64,000 nucleotides of DNA from Octopus sinensis. Lineage: Eukaryota. The stretch is from positions 71,548,001 to 71,612,000 of the forward strand of contig NC_042997.1 in the NCBI RefSeq assembly GCF_006345805.1, in the 5' to 3' direction. Position numbers and translations under genes: made by a program. Under the pieces are notes generated by a model. That model ran no database searches. It was not told where the DNA came from and saw only the letters and a list, made by a program, of their open reading frames with translations. Within the stretch, counting starts at the first letter, position 1, and every line of letters starts with the position of its first letter. Positions 47,801 to 59,800 of this stretch are shown here, piece after piece.

Positions 47801-50800
47801 GGAAACATGGGCGCATTCCTTACTCTGTGATGGGGTTTTCAACATTACGGGGTACAACCTCTTCCGTAAGGACCGCACTAACCGCCGTGGTGGTGGTGTG
47901 ATGGTCTACGTTCGTTCAAATTTTTTGGTAATTCCTTGTGCCGATTTGAACGAATCACAAGAAGTTTTTTTCTGTGACGTGCGTATGACCATGTCAACAC
48001 TCCTGCTTGGCGTTGTTTATCGTCCCCCAAGTTACCATCGGGACACACAGCTTTGCAATGTCCTCCGAGCTGCTGCCAGGAAAACAGCCACTTATGTGTT
48101 TATTGCAGGCGATTTCAATCATCCTGAGATCGATTGGGAGACCTTCCATTGGCCACAGAGTGCAAACGATTTTGTTGAGCTTGTGCTGGACTCAAACTGG
48201 TCACAAGTAGTCACCTCTCCAACAAGAGGCGACAACACCTTGGACCTGCTCTTCACCACAACTCCTGAAGCGGTTATCAATTGCACTACGGAGGAACCTC
48301 TAGGTGACTCTGATCATGCTATGATCATCGCCAATCTGGCTCTTGCGGGCAACGAAAACCTGAACCATCTACAATCTGCTTCCTTCGATTGGAAGAGAGC
48401 AGATTGGAACCTGTACCACACTGAACTACAGCACCCAAACTGGCGTGAATTCTACAACTCTGGAGATGTGAATACTATACTCCAGAGTATCCTGGACTCA
48501 ATATGGGCAGCATGTGCAGCATCTGTGCCACGTAAACAAAAAAAGAAGAACCGCCCCAAAAGGGCAATTTGGGAAACTTCAGCGGTCCGACTTGCCAGGA
48601 GGGAACGTCGGACTGCTGAACGGGAATACAGGTTGCATAAATCAGACACCAACAGGAAGAAGCGGAATAAATCCTCCAACCATCTCAAGCAAGTGACAAA
48701 AAAGCAGTGCTTGAATTTGAACAGTGCATAGCAGCCAATCCTGACAGCAAGGTTTTCTGGAAATATGTGCACTCAAAGCAGAGACCTCACTCTCCAGTGG
48801 GCCCTCTTCGCAACCCTCACACAAACCAGATCACTGACGACCCCAAGGAATGCGCAGAACTCATTGCCGAGTACTATGCAAACATATTCACTGTTGAAAG
48901 TCAAAATGTACCATCTTCAGCATCACTAACAGCAAACTCCATAACAACTATGGAATTTACACCTGCAATGCTGCGACGTCACCTTCAAAATAAGCGCAAC
49001 TATGCCTCCCCTGGTCTCGATGGAGTTACATACCTGCTTCTCAAACGTGGCAGGCACTTCCTTTTACACCAGCTTTCTATTTTCTTCCAGTACTGTCTCA
49101 ACAATGGTGCTACTCCGGAGCAGTGGAAAACTGCCAGTGTCATTCCTCTGTTCAAAAAGGGCGACCGCACATCACCTGTCAACTATCGCCCAGTCAGTCT
49201 CACTAGCTGTATTGCAAAACTGATGGAATCGTGTGTCAGAGAAACACTCTGGAACTTCTGGAGCTCTCACAGTCTCATCCGACCCTCACAATATGGATTT
49301 GTCCCTAACTCCAGCTGCAGTGACCAGCTTGTCGAGTTCCTTGAGGACATTACTCAGATTACTGACAGTGGCTCATGGGTGGATGTTGTCTACCTTGACT
49401 TTGCTAAGGCTTTCAACTCTGTGCCACACAAAAGGCTTATGGTGAAACTCTCTGCAATGGGTGTGGGGGATGACCTTTTTAACTGGTTGAAATCCTTCAT
49501 CCTCAGCCGAAAGGAGGTAGTCACAGTTCTAGGACAGCACTCTACACCATATGAGATGTCATCGGGTGTACCACAGGGATCTGTCCTTGGTCCCCTCTTG
49601 TTTGTGGCATACATTAACGACATAGATGCCAATTTAAAGAATGCCACAGTATTGAAATATGCAGACGACATCAAGCTGTACCTTGAAATCAAGGACAGAT
49701 CCTGATGTCTACAACTCTTTCCTGCAATCAGACCTAGACACAATGCAGCAATGGATCACAGACTGGCAACTGAAACTGGCTGTGGACAAGTGTACCACCA
49801 TGCATTTTGGGAGAAAAAACCCTGCGTTCACTTACTCCCTCCACAACACTGTTATCAAGAAATCCTCTTGCGAGCGTGACCTAGGCATCACTGTCAGCAG
49901 TGATTTGCGTTGGTCAAAGCATATCTCTAAGATTGTCAGGAAGGCCGAGGGTGTCTTGGCATCACTCAGCAGGTCTTTTGTTAGCCGCTCTCCAGCCATC
50001 TATTAAAACTGTATACAGCTATGGTACGACCACACTTGGAATTCGCATCATCAGTTTGGAACCCCTATCTTGCACAGAACATTGACCTCCTGGAATCTGT
50101 CCAGAGACGTGCAACCAAACGCATACCCTCCATCAGACACCTACCATATTCTGAGCGCCTTGTTTCCCTGGGCATGGATTCACTGAAGCTCCGGCGTTTG
50201 GCGACGGACTTGGTAAACACCCACAAAGTTATCAACCACCTCACCAACAACAACACTGAACACCTTTTTGATCTCCATGTGTCTAACACACGTGGACATG
50301 CCTACAAAGTCAGAAAACAATACAGCTCCCATGACTTTCGGAAACATTTTTTCACGCTCAGAGTTGCTGAAGCATGGAATAAACTGCCTGCGTCAGTTGT
50401 TGACTGCCATGACACTGCATCTTTTAAGGCCCTCATGCTTTCCGAAATCCGCCGAAACTACACCTGATTATATATACACTTTAGATGAGTTGTAGTGCAC
50501 CTAAGCACTGTACACAATTATTATTATTATTATTATTTTAAACTCTGAAATACAAGCCCATTTCTATTGTCCTGCTATATCTTTGTATACTCTAACTTTC
50601 TTTCTTAAGGTGATGTCTATATATATATATGAAGAACCCGTACATTTTATAACTTAACTGTCTCCTCTAGATTTCAATAACAAATATTTCTAGTTACTTT
50701 AACTCAAAGTTTTCTTCTCTCAGTCCTAACTGACATACTAATCCTCCAGCCCAGTGGTTCCCAAACTATGAGTCGCGACCCATCTGTGGGTCACGAACAG

Positions 50801-53800
50801 AATCTTAGTGGGTCGCAAAAAGTTATAAAATTACGCATTAGCTTTGATTAACTGATGTCTATCGAGATAGTTCAAGACTTATGTTTTCAATACCAGACTT
50901 GTTGTTTTATCAAGCAGTAGACTTTTTCACGAACTTAACAAATCAGAGGTTGTCATTTTCTCAAGTTATTTATTCGTACGTAATCGTAAAAAGGAAAGGT
51001 CTGTTTTTACCTATTTATAGAGAACTTTAACTAGGCGAAGTATAACACTGATCGAGCCGATAACAGTTCCTACTTCAAGGTTTTGTATTAGTGTTAGTAT
51101 TTACACATAGGGTATAGAGACGTTGAAACAGTTATAAAACGTTTTGTTTCACATTTAATATAAATAGCAAAAAATTTAAATAAATAAGATATGGATTTCA
51201 CTAGTAAGTTTATAAAAAAGTATAGGAGTGATCACCAGGGAGCTATCAATTAGCCAATGAAATGATTGGAATAGACAGCAGCTAGACGGTAGATAGATCA
51301 ACAGAGTCTATCAGATAAATGGTTTAAATAGCATCGCATCGATTGAAATGTCATTTATCATTAATTGTAGAAGTTCGCATGATCCCAAACGTATTTTAAT
51401 TCTGTCAAGTCTCTCAGTAAGTCGAAATTATCTGTCCTTCTAAATTCGATTTTTTCGTATTTACTCAGTCCTTCATATTATGGATAAATGGTTAAAAAAC
51501 GCAGTTGAAGCTGATGACGATGAGTCTTCAGTGAATCGAAACGAAGAAAAGACCAATCAATCAAAACTAAGCCAGTCAAAGCAAAGAAAAGTATTAAGAA
51601 AGTATGATTACGAGTACTTAAAAAATGGATTTACATGGAATGGAGTTGAAGAAGATCCACGACCACGATGCATCATTTGTTAGGAACAACTTGCAAACCA
51701 GAGCATGCGTCCAAACAAATTGCATCGTCATCTTGAGACTAAGCACTCCGAGTTAAAAGACAAGCCTCTCGATCTTTTTGAGCGAATGTTAACCAAGTTA
51801 AAGATAGGACAGAGCATTATGCAACATTACACCAAAGTAAATGAAAAATCTCTGTATGTGTCTTACTTGGTCAGTTTAAGAATCGCAAAAACTGGTAAGC
51901 CACACACAATTGGGGAGACTTTAGTTCTTCCAGCTATAAAAGATACAGTTAAAGTTTTCTTTGGTGATAAGAGTGAACAAAAAATTGAATCAATTCCTAT
52001 TTCTAATAACACAGTCACGCGTAGAATCGATGAAATGTCTGAATGGGTAGAAAATCAAGTTATTGAATGGATTCGTGGAAGTCTTTTTTTTCTTTACAAC
52101 TCGATGAATCTACTGTCGTACAAGGTTTGTGCCAGCTACTAGTTTTTGTACGTTACATATGGAACTTTGTACCTCATGAAGATATGTTGTTCTGCGAACC
52201 TGTCAGTCGAAGTACCAGCGATGAAATTTTTAATACAGTTGATACTTATATTAGGGCAAAAAATCTTGATTGGCATAAATGTGTCAGAATATGTACAGAC
52301 GGCGCACGGGCTATGTGCGGTAGAAATAATGGTGTGGTGACCAGAATACTTGAACTTAATCCCAATGCATCATGGACTCACTGTAACCTTCACAGGGCAG
52401 CGTTAGTATCAAAACATCTATCTGATAATTTTGAAAATGTTTTGAATACATCAGTCAAAATAGTGAACTTTATTAAGTCAAAGCCTTTGCAATCGCGCCT
52501 ATTTGAGAAGTTGTGCGAAGAGATGGGAAGCGATCATAAATCACTGCTTTTGCACAGAGAAATACGATGGCTCTCTAGGAGAAAAGTGTTAACAAGACTT
52601 GCAGAACTCCGCGAAGAAATAGCCATATTTTTAGAAGATAAAAGCGATTTTGTGAAATATTTGTGTGACGAAGAATTTGTTCTGAGGCTTACATATTTGG
52701 CAGATATTTTTTCGAAATTAAACGACCTGAATTTGTATTTACAAGGAACAGAAGGTATCAGTATATTTGCAATTCATGAGAAAATTCGTGGTTTTATGAA
52801 AAAACTTGTCTTGTGGAAAAATCATATTAACAACCGAAATTATGACTGTTTTGAAACATTTGAAACTTTTGTAATGGAGAATAAAGCAAAAGTTGATGAT
52901 GGTATAATCATTGAGATATTTGAACACTTGAATAAGTTAAATGAAAGTTTTGAATTTTATTTTCATAAAGAGATGAATACTATGCAACAGAAAAGATGGA
53001 TTATGAACCCCTTTCAGCCTGACGTGACGACTGGAATATCAACAAAAGCTGATGAGGAACTTATCGATTTATCCAAAGACTCTTCCTTGAAACTGACTTT
53101 TAACACCTGAAAATTGGTACAGTTCTGGGTGTCTCTTCAAACCTCGTACCCAATCATTTCCACCGAAGCATTAAAAGTACTTCTCCCTTTCACGTCATCT
53201 TATATTTGTGAAGCTGAATTTTCATCAATGGTTGGGATTAAAGGCAAATATCGAAATAAACTGCAGCTCTCAAATTCTTTACGCCTGAAACTATCACACA
53301 TTGAACCTGATGTTAATTCTATTATTGAGCGTAGCAAGAAACAGGCTCATCCTTCTCACAGGCCTCACTGATGATGTAATCTGATATAAATTTGTTAATT
53401 TCATTAATGTTTTTACTCAGTAGAGTTAAGTGGGTCGTCATAAACTGGTGTGATAAATAGTGGGTCGTGACTCTAAAAAGTTTGGGAACCACTGCTCCAG
53501 CCTATTCATCAATCTCTCTGCAGTCATTGTATTGTTTGACCTTTGCCCAGTTGAGATAATACAGCTTACATCTTTCTGTTGCTCAGTGACTCCTAACCTA
53601 CTCCAAACTCACTGGTATTGCTTCTTGGTTAACTGGTTGAGGTTCACCAGTTCTTTGCAGCAAATGTGATATGTAATTTCTCACTCATTGAAGAGAATTA
53701 ATTAAGTGACTGATGTCCTATCACCTCTCTTGTAGACCAAAATACTCTAATGGTTAAAATTTTTTTTAATTCATTGTTCAGTCAGGAGGGAAGTTGTGCC

Positions 53801-56800
53801 TCCTACAGTGCTTTTAAAATAGTGGGAAGTATCTTCAAATCAGAAACCTGGTCTATATACTTGCAACAGGGTAGGCTTCACTAAAGACATCCAATAATCA
53901 GGTGGTTGCAGTTAATCAGTAAATAAATTAGCTCTACTATCCAAGTAGGCTGCAGTGGTACTCAGAACAAACCAGATCAAGTATCACAAGGCATTCCATC
54001 TGAAGGTTTAACAATCCCACCAGTCTATCATCTTAGACTGGTACTTTATTTATCAACCTCTAGATGGATGAAAGACAAAGTTAACCTGGGCAAGAACTCA
54101 GAACATTGTCTCATAACAATATTATATATAAATACATTGTCAATCACAATGACTAGGCCTTTTCTTTGTGGAAGGAAAATACTTCAGCTTTAATTAGCAA
54201 AGATTCACTGACCAGCACAGTACAACCACTAGCTTGGATGCAGTACTGTCTTACCTCTGCTTTTTTAAAGCATACCTTATCCTCCCTTTATCTTCTATAC
54301 TGTATTTTGGCCCCAGTCCTTTACTTATCCCTGCACCAAGAAAATTTCTGTAATAATTCCTCTTTAGTGTTGCTCTCCTTACCTGGACCTCAATCATACC
54401 AACTTGACCATTCTAGAAAAGCATACAACTATGAAGGCTACTGCTCTTCTCTCTTGATAATAAAACTATTCACTTTATTAACAATTGTATATTTACCATA
54501 GCTGATGCACCATTTTGCTTTTTTTTTTTGCCAAGTATTATAATTACTATAGCTTCCTATTTGTCTTTTTATGTTAAGAGAAAAGCTGTATACCTTTAAT
54601 ACTGATAAACCTTCACACTTCATATACAGCTAACAACTTTGTTTTTCATCTTTCCAAAATCAATAAAAATTAAAATATCAGTCATTTAAATAATATAATT
54701 TATTATAATTTTGTGTTTTTCTCTTTTTTTTTTCTCAGGACAATGAAGCGTAGTGAAAAGTCTAAGGAATATCTGAAAGACATCCTGTCCTGCAATGACA
54801 CAGTAGATCTATATGTTTGTGTTTTAGACAAAGTGCAGACTATTTGGGAGTCAGAAAATACAAAGGACATCATGGTGCAGGTAATTTTCTTTCTTTGTTT
54901 TTTCTATCCAGTACCGTTATCAGAAGACAACTCTTATATGTCATAACTTACCTTGAACACCATAACATTAAATATTTGCGCTGTATCACCTGCTGGATTG
55001 GGCACCAGTTTATAGCAGGTTTTGCCTTCAGAGGAAATTCAGTTGAGCAAAGTTTAGTCATACAACAATCATATTATTTACAATGGTGTTTTGTGCTGCT
55101 TTTCTCATGGAATGAGTTTTCATCTAGGTGAACTCAGCTATTGAGAAGCTAGTAGTTTTTTGCCAACAACACAGTGCAACACTGAATTTTCGATACAGAC
55201 TATCAAAGTTATACCTTTAATGTAATCTGCAAGTAAAATCAACATGATACTGCCTTGACAAGTCTAGTTTTATACAATATTTTTCAGTATTTAACATAAT
55301 CTAATTGTGTAAGGAATTCTACTTTGATTTGTGTGAAGATCATTTTAGAGCTCATGGTCAGAAACTAGATTACCACAATTGCAATGCTAATTAGAACCTT
55401 GATGGGATCTTGAGTATAATCTAATTCCATTCTGTTAAGATGCTGGTGTTGCTTTTACGGAAGAAAATATGTACACATATAAGTAAATATGTTAACATAC
55501 CTAACATCACATATATGTACTTACATGTAAATATGATATATATACACATGTCCAGTATATATACATATATGTAAATATGATATATATACACATGTTCAGT
55601 ATATATACATATATGTAAATATGTCTATATACACACATGTCCAGTAAGTGTACATGCATATGAATATGTTAACATACACAACATGTGTAAGTAGGTAAGT
55701 AAGTAAAAATCCCTAGATGACAACTGGAGTGGAAGGCTGTCCTCTCAACCAATATGCTGCTGTGAGTACCACAGGATGATGAACTCTAGTCATAAGGTTA
55801 TTCCACACTTTCCAATCCATGGCCAACACCATGTTTGAGGCTGAGGTGCTGTGACCTCAGGTCTTCCTCAGTTTGTTTCACCCGTGTTTTCTTTGGTGCA
55901 CTGTGCTGGATCCTCCAGTGTATGGGTCACTGCTTCCATAAAAGTTGGTATGGTAGTCTTCTGGTGCTCATCATGCAGAGGCGGCCAAACCACTGTTACC
56001 GTCACTGCTGGACTTGGTCTTCAGTGATTGGCTGCTGCTGGCATAGTTCTTGGATGTTGTTTTTTGAGATTCATTTGTGTAGAAGATACCAAGGATCTGA
56101 TGAAGACACTGCATTTGGAACACCTTGATCTTGTTCAGGTCTTGTTTGGGAATGGTCCAGGTCTCAGTGCTGTAGAGGAAAACAAGCAGAACCAGCATGC
56201 AGAAAAGAGGGATCTTGGTCTTTAGGGAGATGTTGGGCTCTTCCAGACACACCATTAAAGAGATGCAAACACAAGTTGCAGATCCAACTCAACAGTTGCT
56301 CTCTGCTGTTGACACCACTTTCTTCTTTGCAGCTAGTGAGCCAAGATATTTGAACTCCCAGACCTGTTTGATCTAAATGCTATCAAGATGCACGATGGCC
56401 AGCAAGCCATCTGTCGTTAGAACTTTCACACAACATGTGCAGTATGTATACATGCATATATATATGTGTTTACATATATAACTCTAGTATGTATACGTAT
56501 ATGTAACTATGCAAACATACACAACGTGTCTAGTATGTAAATATTTAACCAAATATTTATTCATTATATACATGTATATGTAAACAAATATGATTACAAA
56601 TTCAATATATATATATATATTCTATTGGTCTCTTTAGCTGAACTGCTAAGTTATGGGGAACATAAACGCACCAGTTGTCAAGTAGTGTTTGGGAACACAC
56701 ACACACTCACACATATATGCATATATTTATACGAGAAGCTTCTTTCAGTTTCTGTCTGTCGGATCCACTCAAGGCTTTGGTCAGCCGATGCTATAGTAGT

Positions 56801-59800
56801 AGAAAACACTTGGCCAAGGTGCCACACAGTGGGGCTGAACCTGGAACCATGTGGTTGGGAAACAGGCTTCTTACCTCACAGCCACACACACACACACACA
56901 CATCTCAACCCAATTGAGCATGAGAAAATGGATGTTAAATAAGGGAAGGCATATAAAATTGGCAATACATTAATGGTTAAATTCAACCTAAACATCCTAC
57001 ACACAAATCACCAGGCAAAGTACCTTGTTGATATTCTTGCTCTCCTCCCACCATCTTTCTTCCCCGCCGCCTTCATTTCCTTCATGTCATCATTTTCGCC
57101 TCTTTCGCTAACATTTGTTATTTATTTATTGTCATTCCATTTCTCTGTTTGCATTCTAAGTTCAAATACTGCCAAAGTGGACTTTACATTTCATCCTTTT
57201 GGAATTGATAAAATTAAGCACCAGTCAAGTTCTAAGATGGTTTTAACCTTTTGTTCTCATCTCTACAAACTTCTAGTCTTGTGCCTATATTCGCAACATT
57301 CCTTATTATTTAGGGTGGTGGTGGATTCACAGAATTTTGAGAACATTGAACAAATTTGCCTTTTAGTACTTCTTACAGTTTTTGATGTTCTGTGTTCAAA
57401 TCCTATGTGCGAGGGTGTGCTGAAAAGTTCTTGGCTTTGGGTAAAAGAAAATATGGATAGATTGGGTAATTATGATTTTATTCAACATATTCCCCTCTCA
57501 GGTTCACACATTTATTACAGTGGCCCTTCAGTTTTTCTAAGTCCTGTAAAAGAACTCAGAAGGTCAGGCCTTTTGCGATACTATTGAAGCTAGGAACTTT
57601 CCAGCACCCCGTCGCAGATCTACTTCGCCTTTCATCCTCTTAAGGTTGACAACGTAAAGTACCAATTAAGCAGATTCGCTAGCATGAGGCATTTTGTCTG
57701 ATTTTGTTCTGCATTCAAATTCTGCTGAGATCAACTTTGCCTTTCATTTCCTCAGGGTTGATGAAATAAGTACCAGTGATACCCTGTGATTATACAGGGA
57801 TGACCAAAAGTCACCCGACAGTAAATCAAAATTCCATAACACATTCCAGGGAGAAAAACTAGAAGTAGTTGATAGCTTCCGTTACCTAGGTGACCAAGTC
57901 AGTAGCGGGGGCGGGTGTGCTGAAAGTATAACTGCTAGAGTAAGAATAGCCTGGGCAAATTTCAGAGAGCCCTTGCCTCTGTTGGTGACAAAAGGCAGAC
58001 TGTATGACGCATGTGTATGAACAACCATGCTACATGGCAGTGAAACATGGGCTGTGACTGCTGAGGACATGTGTAAGCTCGCAAGAAATGAAGCCAATAT
58101 GCTCCGATGGATGTGTAATGTCAGTGTTCATACTCGACAGAGTGTAAGTGCCTTGAGAGAAAAGTTGGACCTAAGAAGCATCAGTTGTGGTGTGCAAGAG
58201 AGATGTTTGCACTGGTATGGTCATGGGGCGAGAATGAATGAAGATAGTTGGTGAAAAAGTGCCACACCCTAGCGGTTAAGGGAACCTGTGGAAGAGGTAG
58301 ACCCAGGAAAACCTGGGACGAGGTGGTGAAGCACGACCTTCGAACATTAGGTCTCACCGAGGCAATGACTAGTGACCGAGACCTTTGGAAGTACGCTGTG
58401 CGTGAGAAGACCCGGCAGGACAAGTGAGACTATAACCTGTGGCCTCTACCTGGGATGTAGCCAGTCCACTTATGCATACCTTTCCTTCTCAGGACACAAA
58501 ATTCTACTTGCGAAAACCTGTTGAGGCAAGTGAAATCGAAATCGAAATCGATCAAAATCAATGGAAATTGTAGTTGTGATACCAGTGCCAGTGGCACGTA
58601 AGAAAACCATCCGAACGTGGCCGTTGCCAGTGCCACCCTGACTGGCCTCCGTGCTGGTGGCACGTAAAAAGCACCATCTGATTGTGGCCATTGCCAGCCT
58701 CGTCTGGCACATAAAAAGCACCCACTACACTCACGGTGTGATTGGCGTTAGGAAGGGCATCCAGCTGTAGAAACACTGCCAGATCAGACTGGGCCTGGTG
58801 CAGCCTTCTGGCTTTCCAGACCCCAGTTGAACCGTCCAACCCATGCTAAGCATGGAAAGCGGATGTTAAACAATGATGATGATATATATATATATAAATA
58901 AGGTACCCATAATTAACTCCTGTCTCAATTGTGATTAAAGTTCAATTGTGTCTCTTGACAAGAAAACTAGATTTGTCTTTTTGCATTCATGTCTTTTCTC
59001 ATCAGATCCTGAAACTACTTTGTGTAAGCCGTAATGGCCTTAATGAAAACGAACTTCTGGCATTGGTGCCTGGACTCACATGGTCAATATGGACACCAAT
59101 TTTTAATGCGCTCTGTGATCAGTTAATTCTCAAATACCAGACAGGCCTAGTGATGCCAGCACATGAACAGGTCAGTTTTGTTTTCTTATTGCTATAGTTG
59201 TATTTATATTTGTTACTCTGAAAGTGTTGACAGCTCTCACTTGAGACAACCATAAAAAGGGGGATTTTTCTTTGTATTTTTTCACTTGTTACTCTATAAG
59301 GCTTCATTACAGGTAAAAGAATTAACATCTTTTTTGTCAAAGATACAACACAAGTGAATCCAAAAATGCAGTATTGAGTAAAGTTACAGTGCTAATTAAA
59401 AAAATCAAAAATATATTGTGTTGATATTTACTTTCTTTTGAGCTTTACAACAGGTGAGGGGCAAAATATAAAGTTTTCATCCTTACATCTGTCTTTGTTT
59501 TTGTCTTTCTTTCTTTCTTTCTTCTCCCTGTCTCTCTTCCAGAGGTTTATCCAGACATTCTGCTGACTGTTTTCACAAGTTGATAATGAACCATTTTGTA
59601 TCTCATACTATGATTTTTCATTCCCTCTAGTTTCTGTATTTGGCCTGCCTTGACCTTGTGCAGATATTGTTGAATTTTGTTTTTGTCAATCTCAAACATT
59701 AATTGGTCTAGGAATGATTTTGCCTGTTGAAGATTTCACTACATAAATGATATTTGATCTTTACAAGAGCATGCCCAGCTCTTTTTTGCTGTCCTTTGTG

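Noticed and set aside
48007-50495. Short alternative-frame and antisense ORFs inside the CR1 (and similar ones in the hAT)
   Set aside because: Shadow ORFs of GC-richer transposon coding sequence.
47511-50555. aaatacaa on both sides of the CR1 as a TSD
   Set aside because: The 3' copy is about 10 nt beyond the (TTA)n tail and adjacent bases do not match; CR1 elements often lack clear TSDs.
57881-57894. X-box match GTTACCTAGGTGAC
   Set aside because: Lies in RTE coding sequence (FRYLGD), so it is a coding by-product. It also shows that X-box matches can arise without function.
58532-58720. (GAAATC)n and spaced gtggcacgtaa repeats as a CRISPR-like array
   Set aside because: Eukaryotic context; irregular spacing; part of the RTE 3' UTR seen in several copies.
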